Source: an uncultured Chloroflexia bacterium (GTDB lineage Bacteria; Chloroflexota; Chloroflexia; QHBQ01; JADMIH01). Taken from it: a DNA stretch of 64,000 nucleotides. The notes beneath the pieces were generated by a model that was not told the DNA's origin, made no database searches, and worked only from the letters and a program-made list of their open reading frames with translations. The position numbers and the translations under genes were made by a program. Within the stretch, counting starts at the first letter, position 1; each line of letters starts with the position of its first letter. This document shows, piece after piece, positions 32,101 through 41,957 of the stretch. The stretch spans positions 160,001-224,000 of the forward strand of contig CAWCNY010000002.1 of NCBI GenBank assembly GCA_963797095.1, in the 5' to 3' direction.

Positions 32101-32918
32101 CACCGAGCAATACTGATACACCGCTGCCTACGCAAACTCCAGGCGGCCCAACGGCCACTCCTGAACCGTCCAACACCTCTACGAATACGCCTGTGGCGTC
32201 CAGCACGCCCGGTGCGACCAACACAGCAGCCCCCACGAATACGCCGGGAGAGGTGACAGCTACCCCCACAGCATGTACCCTTGAGTTCACCGATGTGCTG
32301 CCTGGCTCAACGTTCTACGACAACATCAAGTGCCTGGCTTGTAGAGGCATTATCAACGGCTACTCGTCAGGCTGTGATACAGGTAACCCTTGCTTCAAGC
32401 CTGCTAACCTGGTCACCAGGGGACAACTCGCAAAGATAGCCTCCAATGCTGCTGGCTTCAACGACCCAACAGGTCCTCAGCAGTATGAAGATGTGCCTCT
32501 TGGCTCTACCTTCTTTGAGTACATCTGGCAGCTAACCATCAGAGGGTATGTCAACGGCTACCCTTGTGGTGGAGCAGGAGAACCGTGTGGTGCAGGCAAC
32601 CTGCCGTACTTCAGACCTAATGCGAACATCACGAGAGGGCAAATCTCGAAGATAATCTCGAATGCAGCAGGGCTGACAGCACCGGCAGGCTCTCAGCAGT
32701 TCCAGGACGTGCTGCCAGGGTCAACATTCTACGAGTACATCTGGAGGCTGACAGCATTGGGAGTGATGAACGGGTACGCATGTGGAGGAGTGGGAGAGCC
32801 ATGTGTAGGCCCTGCCAACCTGCCATACTTCAGGCCAGGCTCCAATGCCACCAGAGGACAGGCGAGTAAGATAGTGGCTAACACATTCTTACCCGGTTGC
32901 CAGACACCATCGAGGTAG
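29139..32918 (+). CDS. Surface protein with BNR/Asp-box (GH74/sortilin-like) beta-propellers, Thr/Pro linker and SLH domains
   Basis: [40 protein letters not shown]; SLH cassette. Confidence 0.88.
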   Translation: MAYKPRTTAPGDGQGIERPAEKGTRRAFYLLAALLLAIGGIAIAIRMTTSQAGVQVSQPPRVAGDVPKDEDGDNAYSANPGQVPVGGDESASLHNIEDYWLTRISYPTGKFDTRWVVQASEQDKNIQARVPAGQVVYQRGESPLALDPNAWISLGPQPEQSDGCINCYAYGHVSGRVNDIRIDPVNTNVAYLIPVGGGVWKTTNCCSSSTTWAPVTDDPLISVVTVDDLSIDPNDHNTIYVGTGDLNYGSFSMGSAGILKSTDAGATWAIKGADVFTPYFPEPAGQFPQYQAVGKVEADPNNSNTVIAGTKTGVFMSYNGGDTWTGPCVTNAYTTQRQDVTGLILSDSGAFTDMYVAVGTRGFSTTVQYNLAENGANGIYKAQVPTSGCPSGWNLITRSDNGWPTGTGSGIPVYQSGGDTLGRIDMAIAPSDPNYLYAIVQAINPTNNRGGVLGVWRTTDAGTTWNQQAGAGNSSSEWQGCATAGTQNWYNQHIAVDPLDPNTVLADTIDIFKSTNGADTFTNLSCGYNGGRVHVDQHALEYVPGQSSVLLSGSDGGVYVWTGMNTGSPSYTQVNDSLNTIEFYSGDITANFANSSTPGANAGAQDNGSSVYVWPSNNVGPAVWQLRKGGDGMFARIEPVLGQRWYQESQNGSLAVTTAGAYSSQVNATGGWGGDRLSFVFPYEIFKGNPSGPASQDCAPTGCTHMIAGSYRVWETIQGAQPTSSWLINSPDLTKNTLADRSIINQLAYSPSISTTAIVGTNDGNVQYGFNLGQGVANSATWVNVTGSNSVLPNRPMLDVAIDPSNPLIGYAAVGGFDENTPATPGHVYKVTCSANCGSFTWENKSGNLPNIPVDSIIANPNYPQQVFAGTDWGFYFTDDITVGSPVWYKFNSNLPNTMIWDMSIDRGATTLAIFTRGRGAYVWPLPTGPFGATPTPGAATPTSTRTNTPTNTIAPTSTRTNTPVPTGVATDTPTNTPVGATSTSTNTPSNTDTPLPTQTPGGPTATPEPSNTSTNTPVASSTPGATNTAAPTNTPGEVTATPTACTLEFTDVLPGSTFYDNIKCLACRGIINGYSSGCDTGNPCFKPANLVTRGQLAKIASNAAGFNDPTGPQQYEDVPLGSTFFEYIWQLTIRGYVNGYPCGGAGEPCGAGNLPYFRPNANITRGQISKIISNAAGLTAPAGSQQFQDVLPGSTFYEYIWRLTALGVMNGYACGGVGEPCVGPANLPYFRPGSNATRGQASKIVANTFLPGCQTPSR
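32204..32908 (+). repeat. 705-bp SLH-encoding cassette, copy 2
   Basis: Direct repeat of 28138-28842 at an offset of 4066 bp. Confidence 0.92.
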
Positions 32919-32965
32919 CATGAGGTAAGATGGGGTAGCATCTTGTAGCTACTTCTACTAGGGAC

Positions 32966-33011
32966 AAAGAGGAAGGACGAAGGCATCAGCACCTTCGTCC
33001 TTCCTCTTTTT
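32966..33011. terminator. Intrinsic terminator between convergent genes
   Basis: AAAGAGGAAGGACGAAGG / CCTTCGTCCTTCCTCTTT followed by a T run. Confidence 0.8.
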
Positions 33012-33031
33012 ATCCTTTCTCGTACTTTGTC

Positions 33032-33463
33032 TTATGCCTGGGCCTCTTCCTCAACCTCTGCTTCGGTTTCCGACTCTGCCAGTACGCTGCTCATGTGCGC
33101 AAGGCCCTCATCGATCCATTGGCGTAAGTGGTCGGCGGGCATGGATCCAACGCCCTGTGCGTACACCGTTCGCCCGGAGATGAGCATGAAGGTCGGGATG
33201 CTCTCTATACGCAAGGCCCCGGCGACGCCTGGGCTTTCATCTACATCAAGCTTGGCGAACTTGACCTTGCCCTCATAGTCGGGGGCTACTTCAGCGAAGA
33301 TAGGACCCATGATTTTACATGGCCCACACCACTGCGCCCAGAAATCGACCAGCACCGGAGTACCTGTTTCCAGCACCTCCGGTATGAAGTCTTCGTCTGT
33401 TACGATATGGATCTTGCCGTCGGCGGTGCTCGTTGGAGCAAAATCGGTATTATTGGTTTCCAT
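33032..33463 (-). CDS. trxA: Thioredoxin
   Basis: PVLVDFWAQWCGPCK, KLDVD, SIPT. Confidence 0.9.
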   Translation of the reverse strand: METNNTDFAPTSTADGKIHIVTDEDFIPEVLETGTPVLVDFWAQWCGPCKIMGPIFAEVAPDYEGKVKFAKLDVDESPGVAGALRIESIPTFMLISGRTVYAQGVGSMPADHLRQWIDEGLAHMSSVLAESETEAEVEEEAQA

Positions 33464-33596
33464 TTTCTATATACTTCCTTTCTTTTATACAGGCTTCTAA
33501 TATATCGCTTTACCAGAGCGAATTATGTCCATACTAGATTATAATACTCCTGCCCTTAAAAACCAAAGAAGAAGAATCTGAAAGGAGATTCAAATC

Positions 33597-34322
33597 ATGG
33601 CAGGTATTGGCAGAGATCTCAAGATCACCTGGTATGGTCACGCTACCTTCGTATATGAAACTCCCGGCGGCAAGCGCATCATGATCGATCCCTGGGTGCG
33701 GGGCAACCCTTCTTGTCCCGATGACCTTAAGCATGTCGAAAACCTCGACGCCATACTTATTACTCACGGTCACTTCGACCACATACAAGACCTCCCCGAA
33801 GTTGCACGCACCTCCGAGCCTGACACGGTGGCCTGTATATTCGATATGAACCCGTGGCTGGAAAAGAAAGGCGTCAAGAACGTTGTCGGCTTCAACAAGG
33901 GCGGAACCGTTGACGTAGTTGGAGTGAAAGTTACTATGGTGCACGCCGATCACTCGTGCGGCATCACCGACGATGATGGCTCCATTATCTACGGCGGTGA
34001 GCCTGTAGGATACCTCCTGGAGTTGGAAAACGGCCTCAAGGTCTACCAGTCGGGCGATACGATGCTTTTCGGCGATATGCGCCTGTACGGCGAGTATTTC
34101 CGCCCCGATATAGCGGTCCTCCCAATAGGGGATTTCTTCACAATGGACCCGCGACAGGCCGCCTATGCCTGTGAGATGCTGGGCATCCGGCAGGTGATCC
34201 CTAGCCACTACGGCACTTTTCCTGTCCTCACCGGCACGCCCGACAAACTCCGCGAGCAACTTCAGGCCAGGAATTACGCGTGCGAGGTGCTCACGACCAC
34301 TCCCGGCGGGACCATAGAATAG
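33597..34322 (+). CDS. UPF0173-like MBL-fold metal-dependent hydrolase
   Basis: ITWYGHA, IDPW, THGHFDH, SGDT, LPIGD..TM, IPSHYGTF. Confidence 0.92.
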   Translation: MAGIGRDLKITWYGHATFVYETPGGKRIMIDPWVRGNPSCPDDLKHVENLDAILITHGHFDHIQDLPEVARTSEPDTVACIFDMNPWLEKKGVKNVVGFNKGGTVDVVGVKVTMVHADHSCGITDDDGSIIYGGEPVGYLLELENGLKVYQSGDTMLFGDMRLYGEYFRPDIAVLPIGDFFTMDPRQAAYACEMLGIRQVIPSHYGTFPVLTGTPDKLREQLQARNYACEVLTTTPGGTIE

Positions 34323-34330
34323 TGCGGGAG

Positions 34331-35431
34331 CTACCGCAACACGACAGGTAAGCCGATAAATTTGCCGTAACGCTCTGCCGCGACGGCCAGGGCCTGGGTT
34401 TCGGCCTCGTTCAACGGTGCGTACATCTTCGTTTCGATACTAACCTGGCTCCTATTCAAGGTACGCTTCCAGAAGCCCACGCCCTGGCCGTCGACCACGA
34501 TCAAATTGCCGAAAGGCACATGCTCGCGCGAGGTAGCCACCCTTTCGGCCTGCTGCGCATCGAAAAACGCGCTGCGGTCCTTATAAGCAACCCCGTATTC
34601 GTCATAGTTGGGCAATAAGTACGCAACCGGAGATGCACCCTTTGCCCTCGCAGGCGGGGCTGGCGCATGCCGTGAAAACCAGTAGGTCTGTTCATCTATG
34701 TCCTCGCTCACAAGTTCAGGCTCCAGTATCCGGACCCCGGCCTTCGCATCGGCCATAGTCAGCCCCGACCACCAGACGAAGTCCTGCAACGTGGCGGGTC
34801 CATGGCTAATGAAATACCTCCTGGTGAGTTCGGATAACGCTTCCTCGCGCTCCAGGGTTCTGGCGTTGGGCGCTCGCTCCTCGAGCAACGCGTATGTGAA
34901 ATCTTTGCCCCGCCTGGCACCACTGCAAATGATCCCATCCACTTCGGCGCGTACCAGCATGTGAACAGCGCGCATGCCCTCCGAATCGATCCCTGCTTGC
35001 TTGAGTGCTGCAATCAATTCGGGGCGGGTGAACTGTTTACCGCCCTGTAGAGCCTTCGCCAGCACCTCGTTGCTTCGCATGAACAGGGCATCATCCAATC
35101 CAAACTGCCTGTAATAGTAGGCGGTAGCGGCGTGAACACGCGGGCCGGTTAGGGCGAGCAGCCAGCGTATATCGGAGGGGGTGACAAAGTGCCAGGTGGG
35201 ACGCATGACGTGCGTGCGCAGTATATCACCACGGGTAAATGCCTGCTCGAGATCGTGGTCGGTGATGCCCAGGCTCTCCGGCAAGCGCTGGCCGACCGCC
35301 CATTTTGCCGCTGCGTAGTCCTGGGATTGGACAGCCCCCAGCCATTCCACCACTTGGTGCGGCTTATCGAACGCTTGCAGGGTGAGTTGATGGTTATGCA
35401 GCCGCCGGTGAGTTATGTCGGAGTTTGTCAT
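34331..35431 (-). CDS. AlkZ/YcaQ (HTH_42) family DNA glycosylase
   Basis: AVQSQD (QxQ), RTHVMRPTWH, HGPATLQDF.WWSG, LLPNYDEY; start moved past the heptamer repeat. Confidence 0.9.
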   Translation of the reverse strand: MTNSDITHRRLHNHQLTLQAFDKPHQVVEWLGAVQSQDYAAAKWAVGQRLPESLGITDHDLEQAFTRGDILRTHVMRPTWHFVTPSDIRWLLALTGPRVHAATAYYYRQFGLDDALFMRSNEVLAKALQGGKQFTRPELIAALKQAGIDSEGMRAVHMLVRAEVDGIICSGARRGKDFTYALLEERAPNARTLEREEALSELTRRYFISHGPATLQDFVWWSGLTMADAKAGVRILEPELVSEDIDEQTYWFSRHAPAPPARAKGASPVAYLLPNYDEYGVAYKDRSAFFDAQQAERVATSREHVPFGNLIVVDGQGVGFWKRTLNRSQVSIETKMYAPLNEAETQALAVAAERYGKFIGLPVVLR

Positions 35432-35638
35432 CTGCGAGTTCCTGGTTCCTGGTTCCTGATTTCTATGTTTTATGTGAGATTTCTTATGCGCTTTGGATAT
35501 CAATGTCCAATGATTGTGACATCTCTAACATGATATATGACATCCATGACCGTCCGCAATACAGGCAATGTAGGTAACAGTTCAGAGTTAGGATAGAGCG
35601 TACCGGAGTAGGGGCACCCTTTATGGCATTGACTCCAA

Positions 35639-37152
35639 CTAATTCCTGAGGACAGGGCGAGGAGCACAATTACGGTGGGCATAACGAGGGGGCCGCAGGA
35701 GCACCAAATCGGTGGGCATTGGCACCAATTGCTTGGGATCAACGGTAGGAGCACTTACTTTGGTGCGAGTAGAGGCACGGATGAAGCCCAACTCTCGTCC
35801 ATGCTCTACGAACACACGCACAGGGTCCTCTCCCGTGTATGCATACTGCGGCAGGTAGCGCACCAACAACTCCATGCTCACTTCGTATGGGTCTACTTCC
35901 GCTCGGCCTGCCATCTCCAACCTCAAGCCTTGCAGCACCTGAGAGATAATCAGTACTGCCAACACCTGCTGCTGTACCACTATCGGTTTTGCTCCCCACA
36001 GCATGTGCAATCCCAAATGGCGCTTCACCAACTTGAAGGCCAACTCGATGTCCCACCTCCTTGCGTACAAGCCAGCTATCTGCCCTATGGTCAACTTGGT
36101 GGGGTCCAGCACCGAGGTGATGTAGCGATACTCGGTGTTGCCCACTACAAAGCGCACCGGCCGCACAGCATGTGCCGCTCAATCCGCTCTGTATGCCCCA
36201 AGCCACACTACTCCATCCAACACCTCGATATTGCCTGCTCGGTCTGTGCTCTCAAAGAAGGTATGCACTACCTCATAAGAAGTGCGCTCTAGAGGTGCGC
36301 TCTCGCATGCGGCTAATCCACTGCGGCTAATCCACTGCGGCTAATCTACCACACCTTGCGTTGGGTCAACCAGTCGAACAGTTCAAAGCCAAGGCAGCCC
36401 AAGTCCATCAACACCAGGCTCTCTCTTGGAAGCTCTTCCAACATGTCGCGTGCTGCCACTTTGCTGTTCTGGTGCGGGTCCTCTGCGGGTCCTCAATGTG
36501 TTGTATCCGCTCCCACTGTTGATGACGCAGGTTGAACAAAGCAGCCACTTTACCCCCAACAACTCCTTGCTTGTATTGGGCTGGGTTCGCAAGGCAGGGA
36601 GCAGGCGGGCTACTTTGTCAAGGGTAGTCTCATCGAGCCACAGCACCGCACTGGCAAAGGGGGCCAAGCCTTTCTCCTGGTAGGGAGCCAGCTCCTGGTA
36701 GGGAGCCAGGCGGTGAGCCAATACCGAGTGTACCTGAGTAAAGAGGCGTTGCAACGGCTCAGTACCCTCCTGCTCCAGTCGTTTGTATACAGCCTGGTCA
36801 GAAAGTGCAAACCTGGGGTAGAACCAGAAATTGCCCGCAGAGAGGAGCCGCCACAGATCGACGCCACAGATCGACGCCACAGATCGACGCCACAGATCGA
36901 CGCCACAGATCGACGCCACAGATCGAGTTGACTGCTCAAGCCCCTGGCCACACATGTCAGCAATCCAGCCCACAAGCACATCGAAGGGAGCACTCGTGGA
37001 CGGCCTGGACCATCATGTGCCATCTCTGCCTCGTCAGGAGGCATTTGGCGTATCATTTGCTCCAAGAACGCCTCAATTTGGCCTATTACTTGTTGGTTTT
37101 GTTGGTTTTGCTTATCAGGCTGATTGTTTTCTCTGTTTGTCTTCACCCCCAA
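35639..37152 (-). pseudogene. IS4-family transposase, multiply frameshifted
   Basis: GPGRP..LPS..LWAG, LDETTLD, YARRWDIELAFK (YREK motif); 13-, 14- and 18-bp tandem duplications. Confidence 0.88.
36849..36926. repeat. 13-bp tandem repeat x6 inside the IS4 transposase
   Basis: CGCCACAGATCGA x6, no spacers. Confidence 0.95.
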
Positions 37153-37481
37153 ACTATACCAAAATGCTCTTCTTTGAATTAGTTGGAGTCAATGCCACCA
37201 GGGGTGCCCCTACTCTTCTTCTTACCCCCAATCCGAGCTGTAACTATATAGGTGGGGAACTGGACTGGTGGGTGGTAACGCGCCTCTATGCCTGAAAGGT
37301 GCGCCTCCCAGTGTATGGGTGAGTGGGCGCACTCTTATGAGTGAGCGTTGAGGTGCATGGTGCATACCTTTGCATCATGGCCCCCATTTATCTCATAATA
37401 GGATAGTTCCCGTCTCCGCATCTGCTAGGGTCCAACCTACCCTCACCTATCTACTTCTCTACTTTTTCCTCGATTGACACA

Positions 37482-37973
37482 ATGCCTTTATCAGATTTCT
37501 ACGCTACAGCCGCACAGCTTTTCTTTGCCCTCCTCGGTTTCTGGTGGGTGGTTGTGCAGTTCAAACACTACCGGTGGTCGCGTGACCCCATCCTCCGGCG
37601 TATGTCCTTCGTCGTATCGCTCCACTTCCTCTTGCCTGGTGTCATGTCTGTGGTTTCTCTTCTCTCCGAACAGGCTCAACTGATATGGAATGTAGCCTTT
37701 GCCCTCTCCGGGTTGTGTGGTGTCATAGCTACCGGTTTCGCCGCGGTAGGCTCTAGCTCCGGGTCCGAGAAAGGCCCGCAATACGAACTCTTTACTCAGG
37801 GAGTGGCAATCGCCCTCTATGCCCTCATCACCATACTCGCCATATTCCCGAATTTGCCCTCAGCCTTCGGCCTTGACGTAACGCCACTCTTGATCGAGGC
37901 TATTCTTATCACCCTTCTCGCCATATTGGGTTCCACCATGGCCTGGTTCCTCTTCATGGAGCCTGAACAGTAG
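37482..37973 (+). CDS. Hypothetical integral membrane protein
   Basis: About 5 hydrophobic segments; DFYATAAQ.FFALLGFWWVVVQ. Confidence 0.75.
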   Translation: MPLSDFYATAAQLFFALLGFWWVVVQFKHYRWSRDPILRRMSFVVSLHFLLPGVMSVVSLLSEQAQLIWNVAFALSGLCGVIATGFAAVGSSSGSEKGPQYELFTQGVAIALYALITILAIFPNLPSAFGLDVTPLLIEAILITLLAILGSTMAWFLFMEPEQ

Positions 37974-37979
37974 CAGTCC

Positions 37980-40163
37980 ATGCAATCTCCCCCACCCCGC
38001 CGTTTTCTCGTTTCTGCCATCACCTTTCTTCTCGCGATTGTCATCCTCGTTCTGGCTACCGTCAACTATCTGCGTATTACCAGGATAGATTATTCGCCGG
38101 ACGAGGGGGTGACGCAGGTCTACGTGCCGCCCACCTCTACATCCACCCCTCCTATCGAGGAGGCAACGCCGCTTCCCGCTACCTCTACTGCAACCGGCGG
38201 CTCCAACGGTCTTGATGGCCCGCAACCGTTGCCGACCTTCACTTCCCAATCCGTTCCTACCAGCACCACAGCTCCGCCGACCCCCACCCCTACACTACAG
38301 CCGTCATTCACCGCTCTCCCCACGTCCACCATTGATCTCACGCCGACGCCTTCCACCCCCGCCGGGCAGACCCTCCTGACCCTTACACGCGCCGAGGTGC
38401 CCGTTCGCGACCTTTATTCCATCGCGGCCCGGTTGCGCCTCAAGACCACGGACCCCATCCCGCGCACAACCGATCAGCCGCCCGGCAACTATCCGATAGG
38501 CCATAGCGATCCCTTCTATATAGCCGACCTACCGGCCAAGCGGTATTACACCATCACCGCCACCATCAGGAATGTCACCGAGCATGCCTACTGGTACGCG
38601 CAGGATGGCCGTTCTGTGGACCTCAACGCTATCAAGCGTGCGGCCAACACCTTCGAAAGCTCTATCTACCCAACCAATCAGCGTATCTTCGGCTCCGAGT
38701 GGACCCTTGGTGTAGATAACGACCCGCGCATCACCGTCCTGTTTGCTAGCATACCGGGCGCTGGAGGCTATTTCTCTTCGGCTGACGAGTATACCCGCGC
38801 CGTCAACCCGTACAGCAACCAGCGCGAGATCATCTATATCAACACAGATGGTGGTTGGGGCGGCCTGGAAAGCACTCTGGCGCACGAGTACCAGCATATG
38901 ATCCACTGGAACCAGAACCCCCACCATGATGTGTGGCTCAACGAGGGTGCTTCGATGCTTGCCCAGGCCCTCAACGGTTATACGCTAGGGGGAGTGGACG
39001 AAGATTTCATGCGCGATCCTGACACCCAGTTGAACGCCTGGCAGGCCAGCCCGAACCTTGCCCGCGCTAATTATGGGGCTGCCTTCCTCTTCCTCGATTT
39101 CCTGCGTAACTATTACGGCGGAGATGACATCATCCGGGCCGTGGTTGCCGCGCCTGGAGAAGGCTCATCGGCCATCGACGCGGCGCTGGAATCGGTGGGG
39201 GTCAAAGAGCGCTTTACCGACATATTCGATAAATGGACCCTCGCCAACCTCCTCGATGACGACCCCGGCGCGGATGCTGTCCATCTCGAATATCCGGATC
39301 GTTCGGTAAATATGTCGGTCAGCGACCAGCTATCCAGCTACCCGGCCCATGAGACCGGATCGGTGTCGCAATTCGGCACCGACTATGTAGAGCTTGCGCC
39401 CCCGCCCGATGGCTCAGCCCTTCAGGTTGATTTCGCTGGCGCTTCCGAATCGTCTGTGATCGCGTCGCGGGCCCACAGCGGGGATGGCATCTATTGGAGT
39501 AACCGGGGAGACCTGGCCAATTCAACCCTTACCCACGAACTCGACCTGCGTTCCGTGCAATCGGCTGCACTCGACTTCTATATCTGGTTCGATGCCGAGC
39601 GCGACCTCGACTATGGCTATGCCGAAGCCTCAACCGACGGTGGCGCAACATGGGATACGCTGAAAGGACAGTACACCACCGATACCAATCCCAACGGTAC
39701 GAATTTCGGCAACGGCTATACGGGCCAGAGCACGGATGTGCCGGGAGCCGATGCCGACGGCTGGCTGCACGAGACGATTGGCCTGGGTAAGTATGCGGGC
39801 AAGGAAACCCTCGTTCGCTTCGAATACATCACGGACGACGGTTACAACGCGGGTGGGATCGCCGTGGATGACCTGTCAGTTGATGCCCTGGGCTGGCATG
39901 ACGACGCTGAGAGCGACACAGGCGGCTGGGAAGCCTCAGGCTGGGTGCGCGTGGCAAATCGACTTCCACAGACCTACTACCTGGCCCTGGTGACGTTTGC
40001 GGCTGATGGCACGTTCAAGGTTGAGCCAGTGGAGGTGGAAAGTGACGGCCATGCTTCAATCAGCGTCACTGAGCCTTTCAATTCGGCGATACTTGTGGTC
40101 GCGGGCACCACACCTTACAGCATTCAGAAAGCAGACTATACGCTCGATGTAGAGACTCGCTAA
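37980..40163 (+). CDS. Secreted zinc metallopeptidase (immune inhibitor A / M6-M30-like)
   Basis: TLAHEYQHMIH, WLNEG, DYGY.E.STDGG.TW, RFEYITD. Confidence 0.85.
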   Translation: MQSPPPRRFLVSAITFLLAIVILVLATVNYLRITRIDYSPDEGVTQVYVPPTSTSTPPIEEATPLPATSTATGGSNGLDGPQPLPTFTSQSVPTSTTAPPTPTPTLQPSFTALPTSTIDLTPTPSTPAGQTLLTLTRAEVPVRDLYSIAARLRLKTTDPIPRTTDQPPGNYPIGHSDPFYIADLPAKRYYTITATIRNVTEHAYWYAQDGRSVDLNAIKRAANTFESSIYPTNQRIFGSEWTLGVDNDPRITVLFASIPGAGGYFSSADEYTRAVNPYSNQREIIYINTDGGWGGLESTLAHEYQHMIHWNQNPHHDVWLNEGASMLAQALNGYTLGGVDEDFMRDPDTQLNAWQASPNLARANYGAAFLFLDFLRNYYGGDDIIRAVVAAPGEGSSAIDAALESVGVKERFTDIFDKWTLANLLDDDPGADAVHLEYPDRSVNMSVSDQLSSYPAHETGSVSQFGTDYVELAPPPDGSALQVDFAGASESSVIASRAHSGDGIYWSNRGDLANSTLTHELDLRSVQSAALDFYIWFDAERDLDYGYAEASTDGGATWDTLKGQYTTDTNPNGTNFGNGYTGQSTDVPGADADGWLHETIGLGKYAGKETLVRFEYITDDGYNAGGIAVDDLSVDALGWHDDAESDTGGWEASGWVRVANRLPQTYYLALVTFAADGTFKVEPVEVESDGHASISVTEPFNSAILVVAGTTPYSIQKADYTLDVETR

Positions 40164-40192
40164 ACGGCGCGCCAACAAGGAATAGAGGAATA

Positions 40193-40226
40193 GAAAAGGC
40201 GGATTGCCGAAGCGACCCGCCTTTTC
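40193..40226. terminator. Bidirectional terminator
   Basis: GAAAAGGCGG...CCGCCTTTTC hairpin between convergent genes. Confidence 0.7.
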
Positions 40227-40262
40227 GCGTTCTTCCTTCTCAAATCTTCTGGGCGAAAGCCC

Positions 40263-41957
40263 TTAATCCTCGAAGATCGATATCTCGGAGAAGAAGCCTG
40301 TGGTGATGTCATCACCCGATAGGACCAGCACGCCCCACGCTCCTTCCTTGACGCTGTTGTCTGTGAAGCTGCCTACCTTTACCCCATTGATCTCGAACGT
40401 CCACCTGCTTCCCTTACCCGTAAGGGTAATAGTGTTCTGACCACTCGGATCAATACTGTCGGTTTCGCCGTGCAGCAACTCCTTGAAGTTGATGATGCCG
40501 CTGGCCGCCATAGATAGCCTGTCGCAGCTATAAACGCCCGCGACGCTGATCCCACAGAATATCTGAGACCAGTCTTCGAAATCGCTTGCAAACTCCTGGC
40601 TGCGGGCAGACACTCCTACGAAGCCGGGATTGTCCTCGGAGCCATCTTCGATTCGGAGAGTGGCTTCGATACGGCCATCGGTGATATCCAACGCTTCATC
40701 GGCGCTGGTTGCTACCACGCCATTAGGGCTGTCCGACTCTACGGCAAGCTCACCATCTTCTACGCTGACGGAGTATCCAATGCCTGAGCCTGTATACCAG
40801 GTGCCTTCATCCTGGCTGAAGTCGGTGCTTACGATAGCATTCTCGCTCGTACCGGCGGTGGGTGTGGCGGTAGCTTCCTCCTCTTCAACGGTGGCGGTGG
40901 CTGTAGCCTCTCCTTCTTCGGTGGTGGCTGTAGCTGTAGGCTCGCTTGGCTCCTCGCCCGGCGCCATAAAGAGGATGCGGCTGAACGCTCCGGTGGTGGT
41001 ATCACCGGTAGGCGATTCTACGTAGGTGCCCCATGCGCCTTCTTCAACATCGCCTCCGCTGAAGGTCTTGATAGCTTTACCGTTGACAAAGAATGTGAAA
41101 TCCTGCCCGTCGCCAAGCACAGCTAGCTCGTTGACATCGTTCTTCTTGATGGCTGTGTTGCGGCCACTTGCCACTCTCTGGCTTCCACCATCCAATTCCA
41201 CGTAGATGGAATAGTTGCCGCTTGCGGAAATCAGGCAGAGGACATCGTTCCAATTGCCGTCGATCTTGCTTGCCCGCGCCGCCAGGCCTACAACACCTGA
41301 CCCGTCGATCTCAACGGTGGCGCTGATGTAGCCATTGTCCCAGTTATCGGTCTCGTCGGCCCAGTTGAAGAAGCCATAGCCGCCCTGAGCGGTCATAACG
41401 AGCTTGCCATCTTCGAGGTCTGTGGAGAAGTTACCGGCATCACCGACAATCCATGTGCCCGAGTCGCCCTGGCTGAAGTCGTCATCCAGCACGACCGTCC
41501 AGCCGTCCGGCACATTGCCGTTCTGGGTGGACACTTCCTCGGTGGGCGTAGGCTCAGGCGTGGTGGTTGGCGTCTTGCGAGCTTCCAACTCTTCGAGTGG
41601 GGTATCGTGCTTTGCTACACTAAGGTCATGTTTGGCGAGGTCGCCCTTGGGTGCAGGCCTGGTGATCTGGCTGATCGTGCCTGCCTTGGCCCCACCTAGC
41701 GAGCCTTTTGGTGCGGGAGTAGGCTGGTTGTTTGCGGCAGTGGTGGCCGTTGGGTTAGTGTTGGCCTGCGTGGGGGTCGTAGCCGTTGGTGCCACACTCT
41801 GGACTGTGGTCGCGGTGGCTGGCACGCTTTGGGCGGTGGTGGCTGTTGGTACGGGCACGGTGGGCGTATTATCGCTGTCGCACGCCGAAATCAACAGCAT
41901 CGACACCATGATCAACACCAGCAATACGGATTTACGCGCGTGTAGTACTCCTCTCAT
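40263..41957 (-). CDS. Lipoprotein with two concanavalin-like (DUF1080-type) beta-sandwich domains and Thr/Pro linkers
   Basis: Lipobox ISAC; duplicated DFSQ..G.W ... G..(F/W)TF.(V/I)NG....F......GAWG domain. Confidence 0.7.
   Translation of the reverse strand: MRGVLHARKSVLLVLIMVSMLLISACDSDNTPTVPVPTATTAQSVPATATTVQSVAPTATTPTQANTNPTATTAANNQPTPAPKGSLGGAKAGTISQITRPAPKGDLAKHDLSVAKHDTPLEELEARKTPTTTPEPTPTEEVSTQNGNVPDGWTVVLDDDFSQGDSGTWIVGDAGNFSTDLEDGKLVMTAQGGYGFFNWADETDNWDNGYISATVEIDGSGVVGLAARASKIDGNWNDVLCLISASGNYSIYVELDGGSQRVASGRNTAIKKNDVNELAVLGDGQDFTFFVNGKAIKTFSGGDVEEGAWGTYVESPTGDTTTGAFSRILFMAPGEEPSEPTATATTEEGEATATATVEEEEATATPTAGTSENAIVSTDFSQDEGTWYTGSGIGYSVSVEDGELAVESDSPNGVVATSADEALDITDGRIEATLRIEDGSEDNPGFVGVSARSQEFASDFEDWSQIFCGISVAGVYSCDRLSMAASGIINFKELLHGETDSIDPSGQNTITLTGKGSRWTFEINGVKVGSFTDNSVKEGAWGVLVLSGDDITTGFFSEISIFED

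Larger units (their letters stand above)
35627..37194 (-). mobile_element. IS4-family insertion sequence
   Basis: Perfect IRs CATTGACTCCAACTAATTC / GAATTAGTTGGAGTCAATG; no direct repeat visible. Confidence 0.88.
35606..37215. repeat. GTAG-type REP-like palindrome whose arms flank the IS4 element
   Basis: GAGTAGGGGCACCC at 35606-35619 and GGGTGCCCCTACTC at 37202-37215. Confidence 0.7.

Noticed and set aside
28138-32908. Diversity-generating retroelement TR/VR pair
   Set aside because: Only one (synonymous) difference seen, both copies are coding, the repeat is far longer than typical TR/VR, and there is no reverse transcriptase in the window.
36849-36926. CRISPR-like array (also 16761-16925 and 56993-57082)
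   Set aside because: Units are head-to-tail with no unique spacers, and no cas genes are in the window.
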